A stretch of DNA of 64,000 bases, from the NCBI GenBank assembly GCA_963766735.1, contig CAVYBU010000002.1, positions 96,001 to 160,000 on the forward strand. Reading direction: 5' to 3'. This DNA comes from an uncultured Chloroflexia bacterium (GTDB lineage Bacteria; Chloroflexota; Limnocylindria; Limnocylindrales; CSP1-4). Shown here in pieces: positions 50,533-60,065 of the stretch (position 1 is its first letter; each line of letters opens with the position of its first letter). Under the pieces are notes generated by a model. That model was given only the letters and a program-made list of their open reading frames with translations, was not told the origin of the DNA and ran no database searches. The position numbers and the translations under genes are program-made.

Positions 50533-51558
50533 ATGTCCGACCGTCCCGAGCCTGAGCCCGACGCCCGCATGCCGACGTCGCCTCAGCCGTCCACGTGGTT
50601 GTCCGCCCGCGGACCGCACGCGAGCGGTCCCCTCGACCCAACCTTCCCGGACGTGGCGGCGGCGCCTCCGCCGGATCCTGGGGTTGTCCCCGATGGATTC
50701 GTCGTGATCGGGGACGACGACGTGCGGCTCCACTTCCTGGACTGGGGCGGGCCGGCCGGCGTGGGTCCCGTGCTCCTGATCCCGGGGCTGCTCCAGCCGG
50801 CCTGGTCGTGGTCGCCGGTGGCGCGCCGGCTGTGTGGCGTGCGGCACTCGGTGGTGCTGGACCTGCGCGGGCACGGGCTCTCCGATGCCCCGATGGACGG
50901 CTACGACCTGGACTCGCTGGTGGCCGATGCGCTGGCCGTGGCCGAGGGCTCGGGTCTCCTGGACGTAGGGCCGCTGGTGATCGCGGGTCACGGGTTCGGG
51001 GCCATTGTCGCCGCGGCGGCCTCGGCGCGGCTTGGGGAGCGGTGCGCGGGACTGGTTCTCGTAGACGGCGGCTGGGAGCGCCTGGAGGCAACCACAGGGC
51101 TGGACGTGGACGAGTTCATGCGTGGACTCGACGAGCCACCGGAGGTCCTTCGGTCGATGGATGCGTTCCTGGGGGATCGGCGGGGATTCGATCCGTACAC
51201 GTGGGACGCGGACCAGGAGCGGGCGGCGCGGGACGCGGTGGTCGAGACGGCCGCCGGGCGCGTTGTCCGGGCGGTCCGGCCGCACGTGGTGGAGGCCATG
51301 GTCCGGACGATGTTCGCCTACGATCCGGCCGTCGTCCTGGCGGAGGTCGAGGCGCCGGTTGTCGCCCTGGTGGCGCTCGGAGCCGGGGACCCGTCTGCAA
51401 CCGGGGTCCGGCTCTCGGAGCTCCGGCGCGCGGCCGGGGCACGGGTGGCGGCAGGCAGGGGCGCCATCCGCATCGCGGGTTTCCCAGGCATCGGTCACAA
51501 CCTCATGCGCTATCGCCCGGCGGACGTGGCGGCGGCGGTCCTGGCGCCGGCCGGCTGA
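50533..51558 (+). CDS. Alpha/beta-hydrolase-fold protein lacking the nucleophile Ser (GHGFG)
   Basis: [35 protein letters not shown]. Confidence 0.82.
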   Translation: MSDRPEPEPDARMPTSPQPSTWLSARGPHASGPLDPTFPDVAAAPPPDPGVVPDGFVVIGDDDVRLHFLDWGGPAGVGPVLLIPGLLQPAWSWSPVARRLCGVRHSVVLDLRGHGLSDAPMDGYDLDSLVADALAVAEGSGLLDVGPLVIAGHGFGAIVAAAASARLGERCAGLVLVDGGWERLEATTGLDVDEFMRGLDEPPEVLRSMDAFLGDRRGFDPYTWDADQERAARDAVVETAAGRVVRAVRPHVVEAMVRTMFAYDPAVVLAEVEAPVVALVALGAGDPSATGVRLSELRRAAGARVAAGRGAIRIAGFPGIGHNLMRYRPADVAAAVLAPAG

Positions 51559-51614
51559 TCCCCGTGCGGGCGGACGCCGATCGCGACGGCCCGCCGCGCT
51601 ACCATCGCCCGACC

Positions 51615-52295
51615 ATGACCGACCGCTCCGCACACCGCGACCTGCCCGATACCGTCCGCCGCATCGTGGACGAGATGGAGAATGACATGGGCGAGGACCC
51701 CGCCCCGCCGCGTTCCGGGTCGGCCACGAACGGCCGGATCGAGGCCGCCGTGCGCGAGATCCTGGTGGAGATTGGCGAGGATCCGGATCGCGACGGCCTG
51801 CTCAACACCCCTGACCGGATGCACCGGATGTACTTCGAGTTGACGGCGGGGTACCACGTGGACCCGGAGCGCCTGATCAATCACGCGATCTTCGAGGTCG
51901 GCTACTCGGAGATGGTGGTGGTCAAGGACATCCCGTTCTACTCGCTGTGCGAGCACCACCTGCTGCCGTTCTTCGGCAGCGCCCACGTGGCGTATGTCCC
52001 GGACGGGCGCGTGATCGGCCTGTCCAAGGTCCCCCGGATCGTGGAGATGTTCGCGCGCCGCCTCCAGGTGCAGGAGCGGATGACGCAGCAGGTCGCCGAC
52101 TTCCTGATGGAGCGGCTGGCGCCGAAGGGCGTGGGGGTGGTCATCGAGGCGACCCACCTGTGCGCTGCGATGCGCGGCGTGCGCAAGCCGGGCACGGTGA
52201 TGACGACGGCGGCGGTGCTGGGCCTGTTCCGGCGGAACGACAAGACGCGCGCGGAGTTCTTCGCGCACCTTGGGCGGCCTGCGCCCGAGGCCTGA
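51615..52295 (+). CDS. folE: GTP cyclohydrolase I
   Basis: [28 protein letters not shown]. Confidence 0.96.
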   Translation: MTDRSAHRDLPDTVRRIVDEMENDMGEDPAPPRSGSATNGRIEAAVREILVEIGEDPDRDGLLNTPDRMHRMYFELTAGYHVDPERLINHAIFEVGYSEMVVVKDIPFYSLCEHHLLPFFGSAHVAYVPDGRVIGLSKVPRIVEMFARRLQVQERMTQQVADFLMERLAPKGVGVVIEATHLCAAMRGVRKPGTVMTTAAVLGLFRRNDKTRAEFFAHLGRPAPEA

Positions 52296-52355
52296 TTCGC
52301 CCGGGTCAGCCGCCCGGTCGGATTGAAGCCGCCCGGTCAGCGGTCCGTTCGGATC

Positions 52356-53705
52356 TCAGCGGGCCTGCCGGATCGCCGCCGCGGCCGCGACCGCCGTCTG
52401 GATTGCCGTCTCCGTGTACCACGTCCCCAGGTAGTCACCCGCGAGATGGATGCGGCCGAGCGGCCGCGTGAGCGCCGCCTGCAGCCGGCTCCGCCCGACG
52501 CGCGGGTAGGGGAGGCCGCGCTCCCAGCGCTGGATGACGACCTCCGTGACCATCAGGCGCGACTCCGGGTAGAGGTCCCCGAGGTCCTCGCGGAAACGGT
52601 CGGCGATGGCCGCGTCGTCCAGGCCCGCGAGCCGCCGGGCAAACCCGGCCGCCGCGTACACCATGAGGCTCCCGCCCGGCTGACGTGGATGCCCCGCGGT
52701 CCGCAGGACGTTCGCCGTGTTGAACAGCATGCTGAACGAGCGCTTCGGGGTCGCGAGGGCGTACAGGTCGTCCCACGGCATGGCCGTGCGTTCGCGGGTG
52801 AGGAAGGCGCCGACGACGTAGGGGCCGTACGGGATCGCCTCGAGCGCCGCGGCCGTGTCGTCGGGCAGGTCGGCAACGATCTGGCGGGTCACGAAGGCCG
52901 GGGTCGCGACGACCGCCGCGGTGGCCCGTGCCTCGTGCTTCACGCCCCCCTCTGTCCAGGCGACCCGGACGCCGTCGCCCTCCGCTCGGACGGCAAAGAC
53001 CCGTGCGCCCAGCCGGGCACGATCGCCGATCCCGGCCGCAAGCGCGTCCGTGAACTGGCTCGAGCCACCGAGGATGTTTCGGGACAGGCCGGCCGAGCGG
53101 TTCCAGACGAGGTGGAAGTACCCGATGCCATACCCGGCCGCCAGCTCCTCGGGCTCGCCGGACGAGCGTGTCAGCGTCGAGCGGAAGAGGAGATCGACAT
53201 CCGCGGGAAGCTGGCCGGAGAAGTCCGTGAACGACCGGTCGTCCATGAACCGCAGCATCCGGAGCTGGCGCTCGGCCGGCTCCTCGCCGGGGATCGGTTC
53301 CGCGATCTCGGCGTAGCGCCTGACGGCGAGACGGAGGCGGATCCCGGCACGCACGAGCGCGACCCGGGCGCTCATGGACATCGGGAGGCGGAACGGGAAC
53401 GTCTCGACGCCGCCCGAGGCCACGGTCCTGCCGTTGAGGGAGACGGCCGCCAGTCGACCGGGAACCGGGACAGCGGTGACCCCGGCCTCGGACAGCAGCC
53501 GATCGGTGGTCGAGCCGGGCCCGCCGAACACATGGGCTCCGAAATTCAGCCAGACGTCGCCCCGGCGCTCCGACCGGATTCGCCCGCCGAGCCGGTCGCC
53601 CGCCTCGAGCAGGAGCACGTTCCGGTCTCGCAGCTCCCATGCCGCAGTGAGTCCGGCGATGCCGCCGCCCACCACCACGGCGTCGTAGCTCCCATTCCCG
53701 TCCAT
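52356..53705 (-). CDS. FAD-dependent oxidoreductase (protoporphyrinogen/amine oxidase family)
   Basis: [24 protein letters not shown]. Confidence 0.85.
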   Translation of the reverse strand: MDGNGSYDAVVVGGGIAGLTAAWELRDRNVLLLEAGDRLGGRIRSERRGDVWLNFGAHVFGGPGSTTDRLLSEAGVTAVPVPGRLAAVSLNGRTVASGGVETFPFRLPMSMSARVALVRAGIRLRLAVRRYAEIAEPIPGEEPAERQLRMLRFMDDRSFTDFSGQLPADVDLLFRSTLTRSSGEPEELAAGYGIGYFHLVWNRSAGLSRNILGGSSQFTDALAAGIGDRARLGARVFAVRAEGDGVRVAWTEGGVKHEARATAAVVATPAFVTRQIVADLPDDTAAALEAIPYGPYVVGAFLTRERTAMPWDDLYALATPKRSFSMLFNTANVLRTAGHPRQPGGSLMVYAAAGFARRLAGLDDAAIADRFREDLGDLYPESRLMVTEVVIQRWERGLPYPRVGRSRLQAALTRPLGRIHLAGDYLGTWYTETAIQTAVAAAAAIRQAR

Positions 53706-53778
53706 TGTGATCCCCTCCCTGGCGGGAGACGCGGCCCTTGTTCGCCCCCGTTCACTCGTTGAAGCCTACAATCCTGCC

Positions 53779-54183
53779 ATGACCGATCGACCGCTCAAGG
53801 TGCTGATCGCGAAGCCCGGCCTGGATGGCCACGACCGCGGCGCCAAGGTGCTCGCGCGTGGCCTCCGGGACGAAGGCTTCGAGGTCGTCTACACCGGCCT
53901 TCGCCAGACCCCCGAAATGATCGTGACGGCGGCGCTCCAGGAGGACGTGGACGTGGTGGGGCTGTCCATCCTGTCCGGCGCGCACATGACCCTGGTGCCC
54001 AGGGTCTGCACCCAGCTGCGGGAGCGTGACCTGGGCGATGTGCTCGTGACGGTGGGTGGGATCGTCCCGGACGAGGACGTCCCGGCGCTTCAGGACGCGG
54101 GCGTGGCCGCGGTCTTCGGGCCCGGCACCACCATCCGCGAGGTCGCCGACTTCATCCGCGCGAACGCGACGCCGCGCGACTAG
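53779..54183 (+). CDS. icmB: Cobalamin-binding small subunit of acyl-CoA mutase
   Basis: [11 protein letters not shown]...GLSILSG...GG B12-binding motif. Confidence 0.9.
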   Translation: MTDRPLKVLIAKPGLDGHDRGAKVLARGLRDEGFEVVYTGLRQTPEMIVTAALQEDVDVVGLSILSGAHMTLVPRVCTQLRERDLGDVLVTVGGIVPDEDVPALQDAGVAAVFGPGTTIREVADFIRANATPRD

Positions 54184-54184
54184 C

Positions 54185-55267
54185 GTGGCCGACCTCGCAG
54201 GACCGGCGGCCGGCACCCTCGCCGGAACCGGCGGCAACCCGGTCGGTGCCCTCGCCGGATCGAGTGCAGGCACCTCTGCCGAGCGTGCACAGGTCCTCTC
54301 GGACGCGGCGCGGGCCGGTGACCGGCGCGCCCTCGCCCGGCTCCTGACCGCGGTCGAGAATCACACGGCCGTCGCCGAGCATGCGCTCCGGCGCCTCTAC
54401 CCGCTGGCGGGAGGCGCTCACCTGGTCGGGATCACGGGGCCGCCGGGCGCGGGCAAGTCGACGCTCGTCGCCGCCCTGATCGCGGAGCTGCGCGCGGCCG
54501 GACGGACCGTGGCCGTCGTGGCCGTGGATCCGTCATCACCCATCACCGGCGGCGCCCTCCTCGGCGACCGGGTCCGGATGCAGTCCTACGCCGCCGACGA
54601 CGGGGTCTTCATCCGGTCGATGGCCTCGCGAGGACACGCGGGCGGGCTCGCGGCCACGTCCACCTCTGCCGCGGCGGTGTTCGACGCTGCCGGCTTCGAC
54701 ATCGTGCTGCTGGAGACAGTGGGCACCGGCCAGAGCGAGGTCGAGGTGGCTGCCGCGGCCGACACGACCGTCGTGCTGGAGGCGCCCGAGATGGGCGACG
54801 AAGTCCAGGCGATCAAGGCTGGGCTGCTCGAGGTCGCGGACCTTGTCGTCGTCAACAAGGGCGATCGGCCGGGAGCCCAGCGGACGGCCGCCCAGCTGCG
54901 CGCGATGCTCGTGCCGTCCGTGGCTCGCGAGGACCAGGCCGGCGGCGACGCGTACCGCCCGCTCCCCAAGCACCCGGAGGTCCTCGTCACAACGGCGTCC
55001 ACCGGCGAGGGCGTGCCGGAGCTGCTCACGGCCCTGGATCGGCACCGTGCGACCCTGGCCGGCGGCGCGACCCCCGCAGCCCGCCGGGCCCGGGCCGCGG
55101 CGCAGGTCCGCTCGGTGCTGGTGGAGCGTCTCTGGGAGCGGCTCAGAGCGCCCGGAGCCACGGCGGCCACCGACGCGGCGATCGACGCAGTCGCCGCCCA
55201 CGAGCTCGATCCCTACGCCGCGGCCGACCGCCTCCTGGCCGCGCTGAGCCATGAGGAGCCGTCATGA
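54185..55267 (+). CDS. meaB: MeaB/ArgK GTPase chaperone
   Basis: GPPGAGKST, AVDPSS, GDRVRM, ETVGTGQSE, NKGD. Confidence 0.93.
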   Translation: MADLAGPAAGTLAGTGGNPVGALAGSSAGTSAERAQVLSDAARAGDRRALARLLTAVENHTAVAEHALRRLYPLAGGAHLVGITGPPGAGKSTLVAALIAELRAAGRTVAVVAVDPSSPITGGALLGDRVRMQSYAADDGVFIRSMASRGHAGGLAATSTSAAAVFDAAGFDIVLLETVGTGQSEVEVAAAADTTVVLEAPEMGDEVQAIKAGLLEVADLVVVNKGDRPGAQRTAAQLRAMLVPSVAREDQAGGDAYRPLPKHPEVLVTTASTGEGVPELLTALDRHRATLAGGATPAARRARAAAQVRSVLVERLWERLRAPGATAATDAAIDAVAAHELDPYAAADRLLAALSHEEPS

Positions 55268-56124
55268 CAATCGAGCGCGTGTTCGTCGCCGGGGCCGGCC
55301 TCATGGGCCACGGCATCGCCCAGGTCCATGCGGCCATCGGCAAGCGGGTGACGCTCTACGAGCCCGATCTCGCGCGCGCCGTCGCCGGTCGAGACCGGAT
55401 CGCGGGCAACCTGGACCGTGCGGTGGCGAAGGCCAGGATCACGCCGGAGGCACGCGAGGCCGTCCTGGTCCGCATCCTCCCGACCGACGACCTGGCCGCC
55501 GCGGCCGATGCCGACCTGGTGGTCGAGGCGGTCTTCGAGGACCTCGCGGTCAAGTCCAGCCTGTGGACGGCGCTCGACGCGATCTCCCCTGCGCACGCCG
55601 TGTTCGCGTCCAACACCTCGTCCATCTCGATCGACATGCTCGCCGCGTCGGTGGGGGAGGCCCGACGCGGCCGCTTCGTCGGGATGCACTTCTTCAGTCC
55701 CGTGCCCGTGATGCCGCTGATCGAGCTGATCCGCGGCTCCGGAACCTCCGATGAGACGGAAGCGGACATCCGGGCGCTGGCCGGTGAGCTGGGCAAGCAG
55801 GTGATCGTGTCCGCGGATCGGCCCGGGTTCATCGTCAACCGAATCCTGATGCCGCTCCTCGCGGAGGCGATGCGAGCCTACGAAGAGGGTCTGGGCACGG
55901 CCGAGGACATCGACACCGGTGCGAAGGTCGGCCTCAACCACCCGATGGGGCCGCTCGAGCTGGCCGACTTCATCGGCCTGGACGTCTGTCTGGGCGTGAT
56001 GCGCGTGCTCGAAGAGGGGATCGGAGGCCCGCAGTTCGCCCCGCCCAAGGTGCTGATCGACCTTGTCACAGCCGGTCATCTGGGCCAGAAGACGGGCCGG
56101 GGCTTCCACGTCTACCCGCGCTGA
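55264..56124 (+). CDS. hbd: 3-hydroxybutyryl-CoA dehydrogenase
   Basis: GAGLMGHGIA, SNTSS, GMHFFSP, PGFIVNR, HPMGP. Confidence 0.92.
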   Translation: MTIERVFVAGAGLMGHGIAQVHAAIGKRVTLYEPDLARAVAGRDRIAGNLDRAVAKARITPEAREAVLVRILPTDDLAAAADADLVVEAVFEDLAVKSSLWTALDAISPAHAVFASNTSSISIDMLAASVGEARRGRFVGMHFFSPVPVMPLIELIRGSGTSDETEADIRALAGELGKQVIVSADRPGFIVNRILMPLLAEAMRAYEEGLGTAEDIDTGAKVGLNHPMGPLELADFIGLDVCLGVMRVLEEGIGGPQFAPPKVLIDLVTAGHLGQKTGRGFHVYPR

Positions 56125-56139
56125 GGTGCAGGCGAGGTC

Positions 56140-56168
56140 TTGACAGCGTAGAGTTCATGACATAAACT
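56140..56168 (+). promoter_or_regulatory. Consensus-like sigma-70 promoter TTGACA-N17-TAAACT with overlapping imperfect palindrome
   Basis: AT-rich patch; GTAG..TT...AAACTAC inverted elements across the spacer and -10. Confidence 0.7.
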
Positions 56169-56178
56169 ACTTCATGCC

Positions 56179-56775
56179 ATGAACACGCTCAGTTCGAAGC
56201 TTCCACCCGAGTCCCTCGAGTCACGGCTGTTTCGTACGTTCTGGGACGACGGCCTGCTCGACACCTTGTTCGGCGTCGGCGCGATCGGCGTCGCCGTCTG
56301 CTGGGCCGCCGGCCTGATCCCGCTCGGCGCCATCGTGCCGGCCCTCCTCGCCGTCGCCTGGAACCCGTTGCGGAGGAGGATCATCGAGCCACGCACTGGC
56401 TGGGTCGAGTTCAGCCGGGCGCGGACCGAGACCAACCGCCGCAGGCTGATCGGCGCGCTCTGGCTTGGTGTCGCCGTCCTGGCGCTGGTGCTGATCGCGG
56501 GCACGCGATCCGGCGGACCGTTGTTCCCGGATGACCTCGCGGCCGCCATTCCCAGCGTCCTGATCGGCGTCATGGCGGTCCTGGTCGCGGCGGGGTTGCG
56601 CGCGATTCGCTTCCTCGCGTACGCGCTGCTGTTCGTCGTGTTCGGCCTCGCGACGGCCCTTCTCGAGGGAGAGCCCGAGGTTGCGATGCTGGCCGGCGGC
56701 GGAGCGGTCGCCCTCTCGGGCGTCTGGCTCCTCGCGCGCTTCTTCCGTGCGACGGTTCCCGTTGACGAGCGCTGA
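56179..56775 (+). CDS. Membrane protein (about 6 TM)
   Basis: DDGLLD...EPRTGWVEF; hydrophobic segments. Confidence 0.75.
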   Translation: MNTLSSKLPPESLESRLFRTFWDDGLLDTLFGVGAIGVAVCWAAGLIPLGAIVPALLAVAWNPLRRRIIEPRTGWVEFSRARTETNRRRLIGALWLGVAVLALVLIAGTRSGGPLFPDDLAAAIPSVLIGVMAVLVAAGLRAIRFLAYALLFVVFGLATALLEGEPEVAMLAGGGAVALSGVWLLARFFRATVPVDER

Positions 56776-56800
56776 GGCACGGCGCGGCCGGCCAGCGGTC

Positions 56801-57091
56801 GTGCCCGAGATCGACACCTTCATCCACGAGCCGGCGCGGCTCCGGCTGCTGGTGTTCCTAGTGATGCTCGAACGCGCCGACTTCGTCTACCTGATCACGC
56901 ACAGCGGGCTCAGCCGGGGCAACCTGTCCGTCCAGATGAGCAAGCTCGCCGAGGCGGGCTACGTGGCGATCGACAAGAGCTTCGCGAACAACCGGCCGCA
57001 CACCCTGTATCGGCTGACCGACGCTGGGCGCGAGGCGCTGCGGGCCTATCGCCGGGACATGGCGACGATCCTGAGCGCGCTCCCGGGCTGA
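56801..57091 (+). CDS. Winged-helix (HTH_34/MarR-like) regulator
   Basis: IHEPARL, GNLSVQMSKLAEAGYV, LTDAGR. Confidence 0.85.
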   Translation: MPEIDTFIHEPARLRLLVFLVMLERADFVYLITHSGLSRGNLSVQMSKLAEAGYVAIDKSFANNRPHTLYRLTDAGREALRAYRRDMATILSALPG

Positions 57092-57114
57092 CCGCCCCGG
57101 TGTAGATTGCGGGC

Positions 57115-58350
57115 ATGGAACAGTCGAGCGGACCCAACGGCAACGTCTATCTCGTCAGCGCCGCGCGCACCCCGATCGGAAAGTTCGGCGGCGCGCTCGC
57201 CGGCGTCCCCGCCACCGAGCTCGGCGCCACGGCGATTCGCGCCGCTGTCGATCGGTCGGGCCTGGCCGGCAACGCGCCCTTGGACGAGGTCATCATGGGT
57301 CAGGTCCTCGGCGCCGGGTCCGGGCAGGCGCCCGCCCGCCAGGCGCTGCTGCGGGCCGGCCTCGCGGACACCACCCCCGCCACCACGATCAACCGCGTCT
57401 GCGGATCGGGCCTGAAGGCGATCATGTTCGCTGCGGCCGGCATCCGCGCGGGTGACGGCGACCTGTACGTCGCGGGCGGCATGGAGTCCATGAACCAGGC
57501 GCCGTTCCTGCTCCGCAAGGCGCGGTTCGGGTACCGGCTGGGGCAGGGCGCCCTGGACGATTCGGCGGTCCTGGACGGGCTCTGGTGCGCGGTCGAGGAC
57601 TGTCACATGGGTACCCACGCCGAGCGGGTCGCGATCAAGTCGGGCGTGAACCGGGAGGACCAGGACGCGTTCGCTCTCGGGAGCCACCAGAAGGCAGTTG
57701 CCGCGCAGGACCAAGGCCGGTTCGACGCCGAAATGGCCCCGGTGACGATCCGCGACGCGAAGGGGCGCGAGACGGTGATCTCCGTGGACGAGGGCCCGCG
57801 GCGCGATTCGACCGCCGAGGCACTGGCCCGCCTTGCGCCGGTCTTCGACCTGCCGACGGGAGAAGATCGCGGGAGCGCCACCATCGGGACCGTGACCGCC
57901 GGCAACGCCCCTGGCATCACGGACGGGGCCGCGGCCGTGGTCGTGGCTTCTGAGCGAGCCGTGGAGCGGCACGGGCTGGCGCCCCTTGCCCGGGTGGTCG
58001 GCTACGCGCAGGCCGAGGTGACGCCGAAGTGGCTGTTCCTTGCACCTGTCGCGGGCGTCCGGGCGCTCGAGGCGAAGACGGGACTGGCCGTGGACGACTA
58101 CGACCTGATCGAGGTCAACGAGGCGTTCGCGGCGCAGGTCCTGGCGGACGGGCGAGAGCTTGGCTTCGACTGGTCGAAGGTGAACGTCAACGGTGGCGCG
58201 ATCGCGCTCGGGCACCCGATCGGGGCGAGCGGTGCGCGGATCGTGGCCACGCTGCTCCACGAGCTGGGGCGGCGCGGCGGGCGGTACGGGCTGGCCACGC
58301 TCTGCCTGGGCGGCGGCGGCTCCGTCGCCATGGCGCTCGAACGGGTCTGA
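57115..58350 (+). CDS. Acetyl-CoA C-acetyltransferase (thiolase)
   Basis: [30 protein letters not shown]. Confidence 0.96.
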   Translation: MEQSSGPNGNVYLVSAARTPIGKFGGALAGVPATELGATAIRAAVDRSGLAGNAPLDEVIMGQVLGAGSGQAPARQALLRAGLADTTPATTINRVCGSGLKAIMFAAAGIRAGDGDLYVAGGMESMNQAPFLLRKARFGYRLGQGALDDSAVLDGLWCAVEDCHMGTHAERVAIKSGVNREDQDAFALGSHQKAVAAQDQGRFDAEMAPVTIRDAKGRETVISVDEGPRRDSTAEALARLAPVFDLPTGEDRGSATIGTVTAGNAPGITDGAAAVVVASERAVERHGLAPLARVVGYAQAEVTPKWLFLAPVAGVRALEAKTGLAVDDYDLIEVNEAFAAQVLADGRELGFDWSKVNVNGGAIALGHPIGASGARIVATLLHELGRRGGRYGLATLCLGGGGSVAMALERV

Positions 58351-58462
58351 CGGCCACGGCCAGCGCCGACCCCTGCCGCCACCCGCCGGGCTCAACACGC
58401 GGAGGTCGATCGAACATGGCGCCGCGTCCCGGCGCGAACTTGCGCTATCCTTCCGCCGGTCC

Positions 58463-58537
58463 GGGCCGGTAGCTCAACGGTAGAGCAAGTGACTCTTAAT
58501 CACTAGGTTCAGGGTTCGAATCCCTGCCGGCTCACCA
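58463..58537 (+). tRNA. tRNA-Lys (anticodon CTT)
   Basis: GGGCCGG/CCGGCTC-ACCA acceptor, AGTGA-CTCTTAA-TCACT arm, GTTCGAATC. Confidence 0.96.
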
Positions 58538-58852
58538 TTCCTGGACCCTCTCCGCCTGTGCAGCCGACCCTGGCGCCCCTGCGCCCGATGGCGGCTTGGC
58601 ACCGGATCGCCACCATCCGCCGCAGCACCGGGCATGACCACGCATGGGTCCGCCATGCCGTCAGGCAGGGCCGTTGGCCTCCATCCGGGCCCGATCGAGG
58701 GGCCCTTCGCCACCCTCTGCGGCGACCTCTGGTAGGGGTGGAGTCGACCCGCGTCGGCGATCATTGGTACCGGCGTCCCCTTGATCGCGTCGCAGCCGGC
58801 GCGGGCAACGCGTGTGCCTGCACCCTGCGCCGTAGCGCTATAGAGGGTCGCG

Positions 58853-60064
58853 ATGGGCGAGGACGGTCTGTACGCCGCACTGGTGCGGCGCGGGATGTCC
58901 CGCCGGTCGTTCCTCCAGTTCTCGACGGCGATGGCTGCCGCCCTTGCGCTCCCGGCCACCTACGCGCCGCGAATCACCGCGGCCCTCACCGTCGCGCCGC
59001 GCCTGCCCGTCATCTGGATCCGCGGCCAGGGCTGCGGTGGCAACACGGAGGCCTTCATGCGGGCCGCCGACCCGTCCGTGGCCACGCTGCTGCTCGAGAC
59101 GCTGTCGATGGAGTACCACGAGGCGTTCCTGGCCTCCGCGGGCGACTCGAGGGACCTGATCCTCGCCGACGCCATGGACCGCTACCCGAACGGGTACCTC
59201 GCGGTTGTCGAGGGTGCCGTGCCCACCGGCGCCGGCGGTGCCTACTGCCTGGTGGGCGGACGCCCCGTGGGAGACGTCGTGCGCGAGGTCAGCGACGGCG
59301 CCCTGGCCACGCTGGCCGTCGGCTCCTGTGCGTTTGATGGCGGCGCCGCGGGGGCCAGCGGGGGCCAGACCGGGGCCGAAGGCATCCGGTCGCTGGTCGG
59401 CAACGGGCAGCTGATCACCTTGCCGGGTTGCCCCCTCAACGTGGAGAACCTCGTCGCGACGATCGTCCACTACCTCACGTTCGGCGAGCTGCCGCCGGCG
59501 GATCCGATGGGCCGGCCCCTCTTCGCCTACGGGCCCCTCGTTCACAACAAGTGCGAGCGCCGGCCGTTCTTCGAGTTCGGCGAGTTCGCGCTCGCGTGGG
59601 GCGACGAGGGGGCCCAGAAGGGCTGGTGCCTGTACAAGCTCGGCTGCAAGGGCCCAGAGACGATGGCCAACTGCCCGACCGTCAAGTACGGCGACGGGGT
59701 CAGCTGGAACGTCCGGGCCGGCCACGGCTGCGTAGGCTGCACGATGCCGGACTTCTGGGATGCGATGGGACCCGCCTACGACCGGCTCCCGCCGGTGATC
59801 CCGTTCCTGCCCAACATCACGGCCGACCAGATCGGTGTGGCCATGGTCGCGGGTGTCGGGGCGGTTGCCGCGGCGCACGCGGTGGGCATGGGCGTCCGCT
59901 ACAAGCGTCGCGCGGTCCTCGAGAGCCGGGCGGCCGCCGCCCAGGCGGCCGAGGGAGCCGGCGAAGCTCGTGCCGATGACGCCGGAGCCGCCGGTGCCGG
60001 AGACATGGCCAACGCCGGCGTCGAAGACACGGCCAGCGGCGGCGCAGACCCGGAGGCGCGCTGA
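58853..60064 (+). CDS. [NiFe]-hydrogenase small subunit (Tat signal, C-terminal TM), atypical proximal cluster
   Basis: SRRSFL Tat motif; CGGN, GSCA, PGCP; HNKC, CLYKLGCKGP, GHGCVGC. Confidence 0.92.
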   Translation: MGEDGLYAALVRRGMSRRSFLQFSTAMAAALALPATYAPRITAALTVAPRLPVIWIRGQGCGGNTEAFMRAADPSVATLLLETLSMEYHEAFLASAGDSRDLILADAMDRYPNGYLAVVEGAVPTGAGGAYCLVGGRPVGDVVREVSDGALATLAVGSCAFDGGAAGASGGQTGAEGIRSLVGNGQLITLPGCPLNVENLVATIVHYLTFGELPPADPMGRPLFAYGPLVHNKCERRPFFEFGEFALAWGDEGAQKGWCLYKLGCKGPETMANCPTVKYGDGVSWNVRAGHGCVGCTMPDFWDAMGPAYDRLPPVIPFLPNITADQIGVAMVAGVGAVAAAHAVGMGVRYKRRAVLESRAAAAQAAEGAGEARADDAGAAGAGDMANAGVEDTASGGADPEAR

Positions 60065-60065
60065 C

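Noticed and set aside
58780-58795. FNR/CRP site upstream of the hydrogenase operon (TTGATcgcgTCGCA)
   Set aside because: Only one half-site matches and the spacing does not fit CRP.
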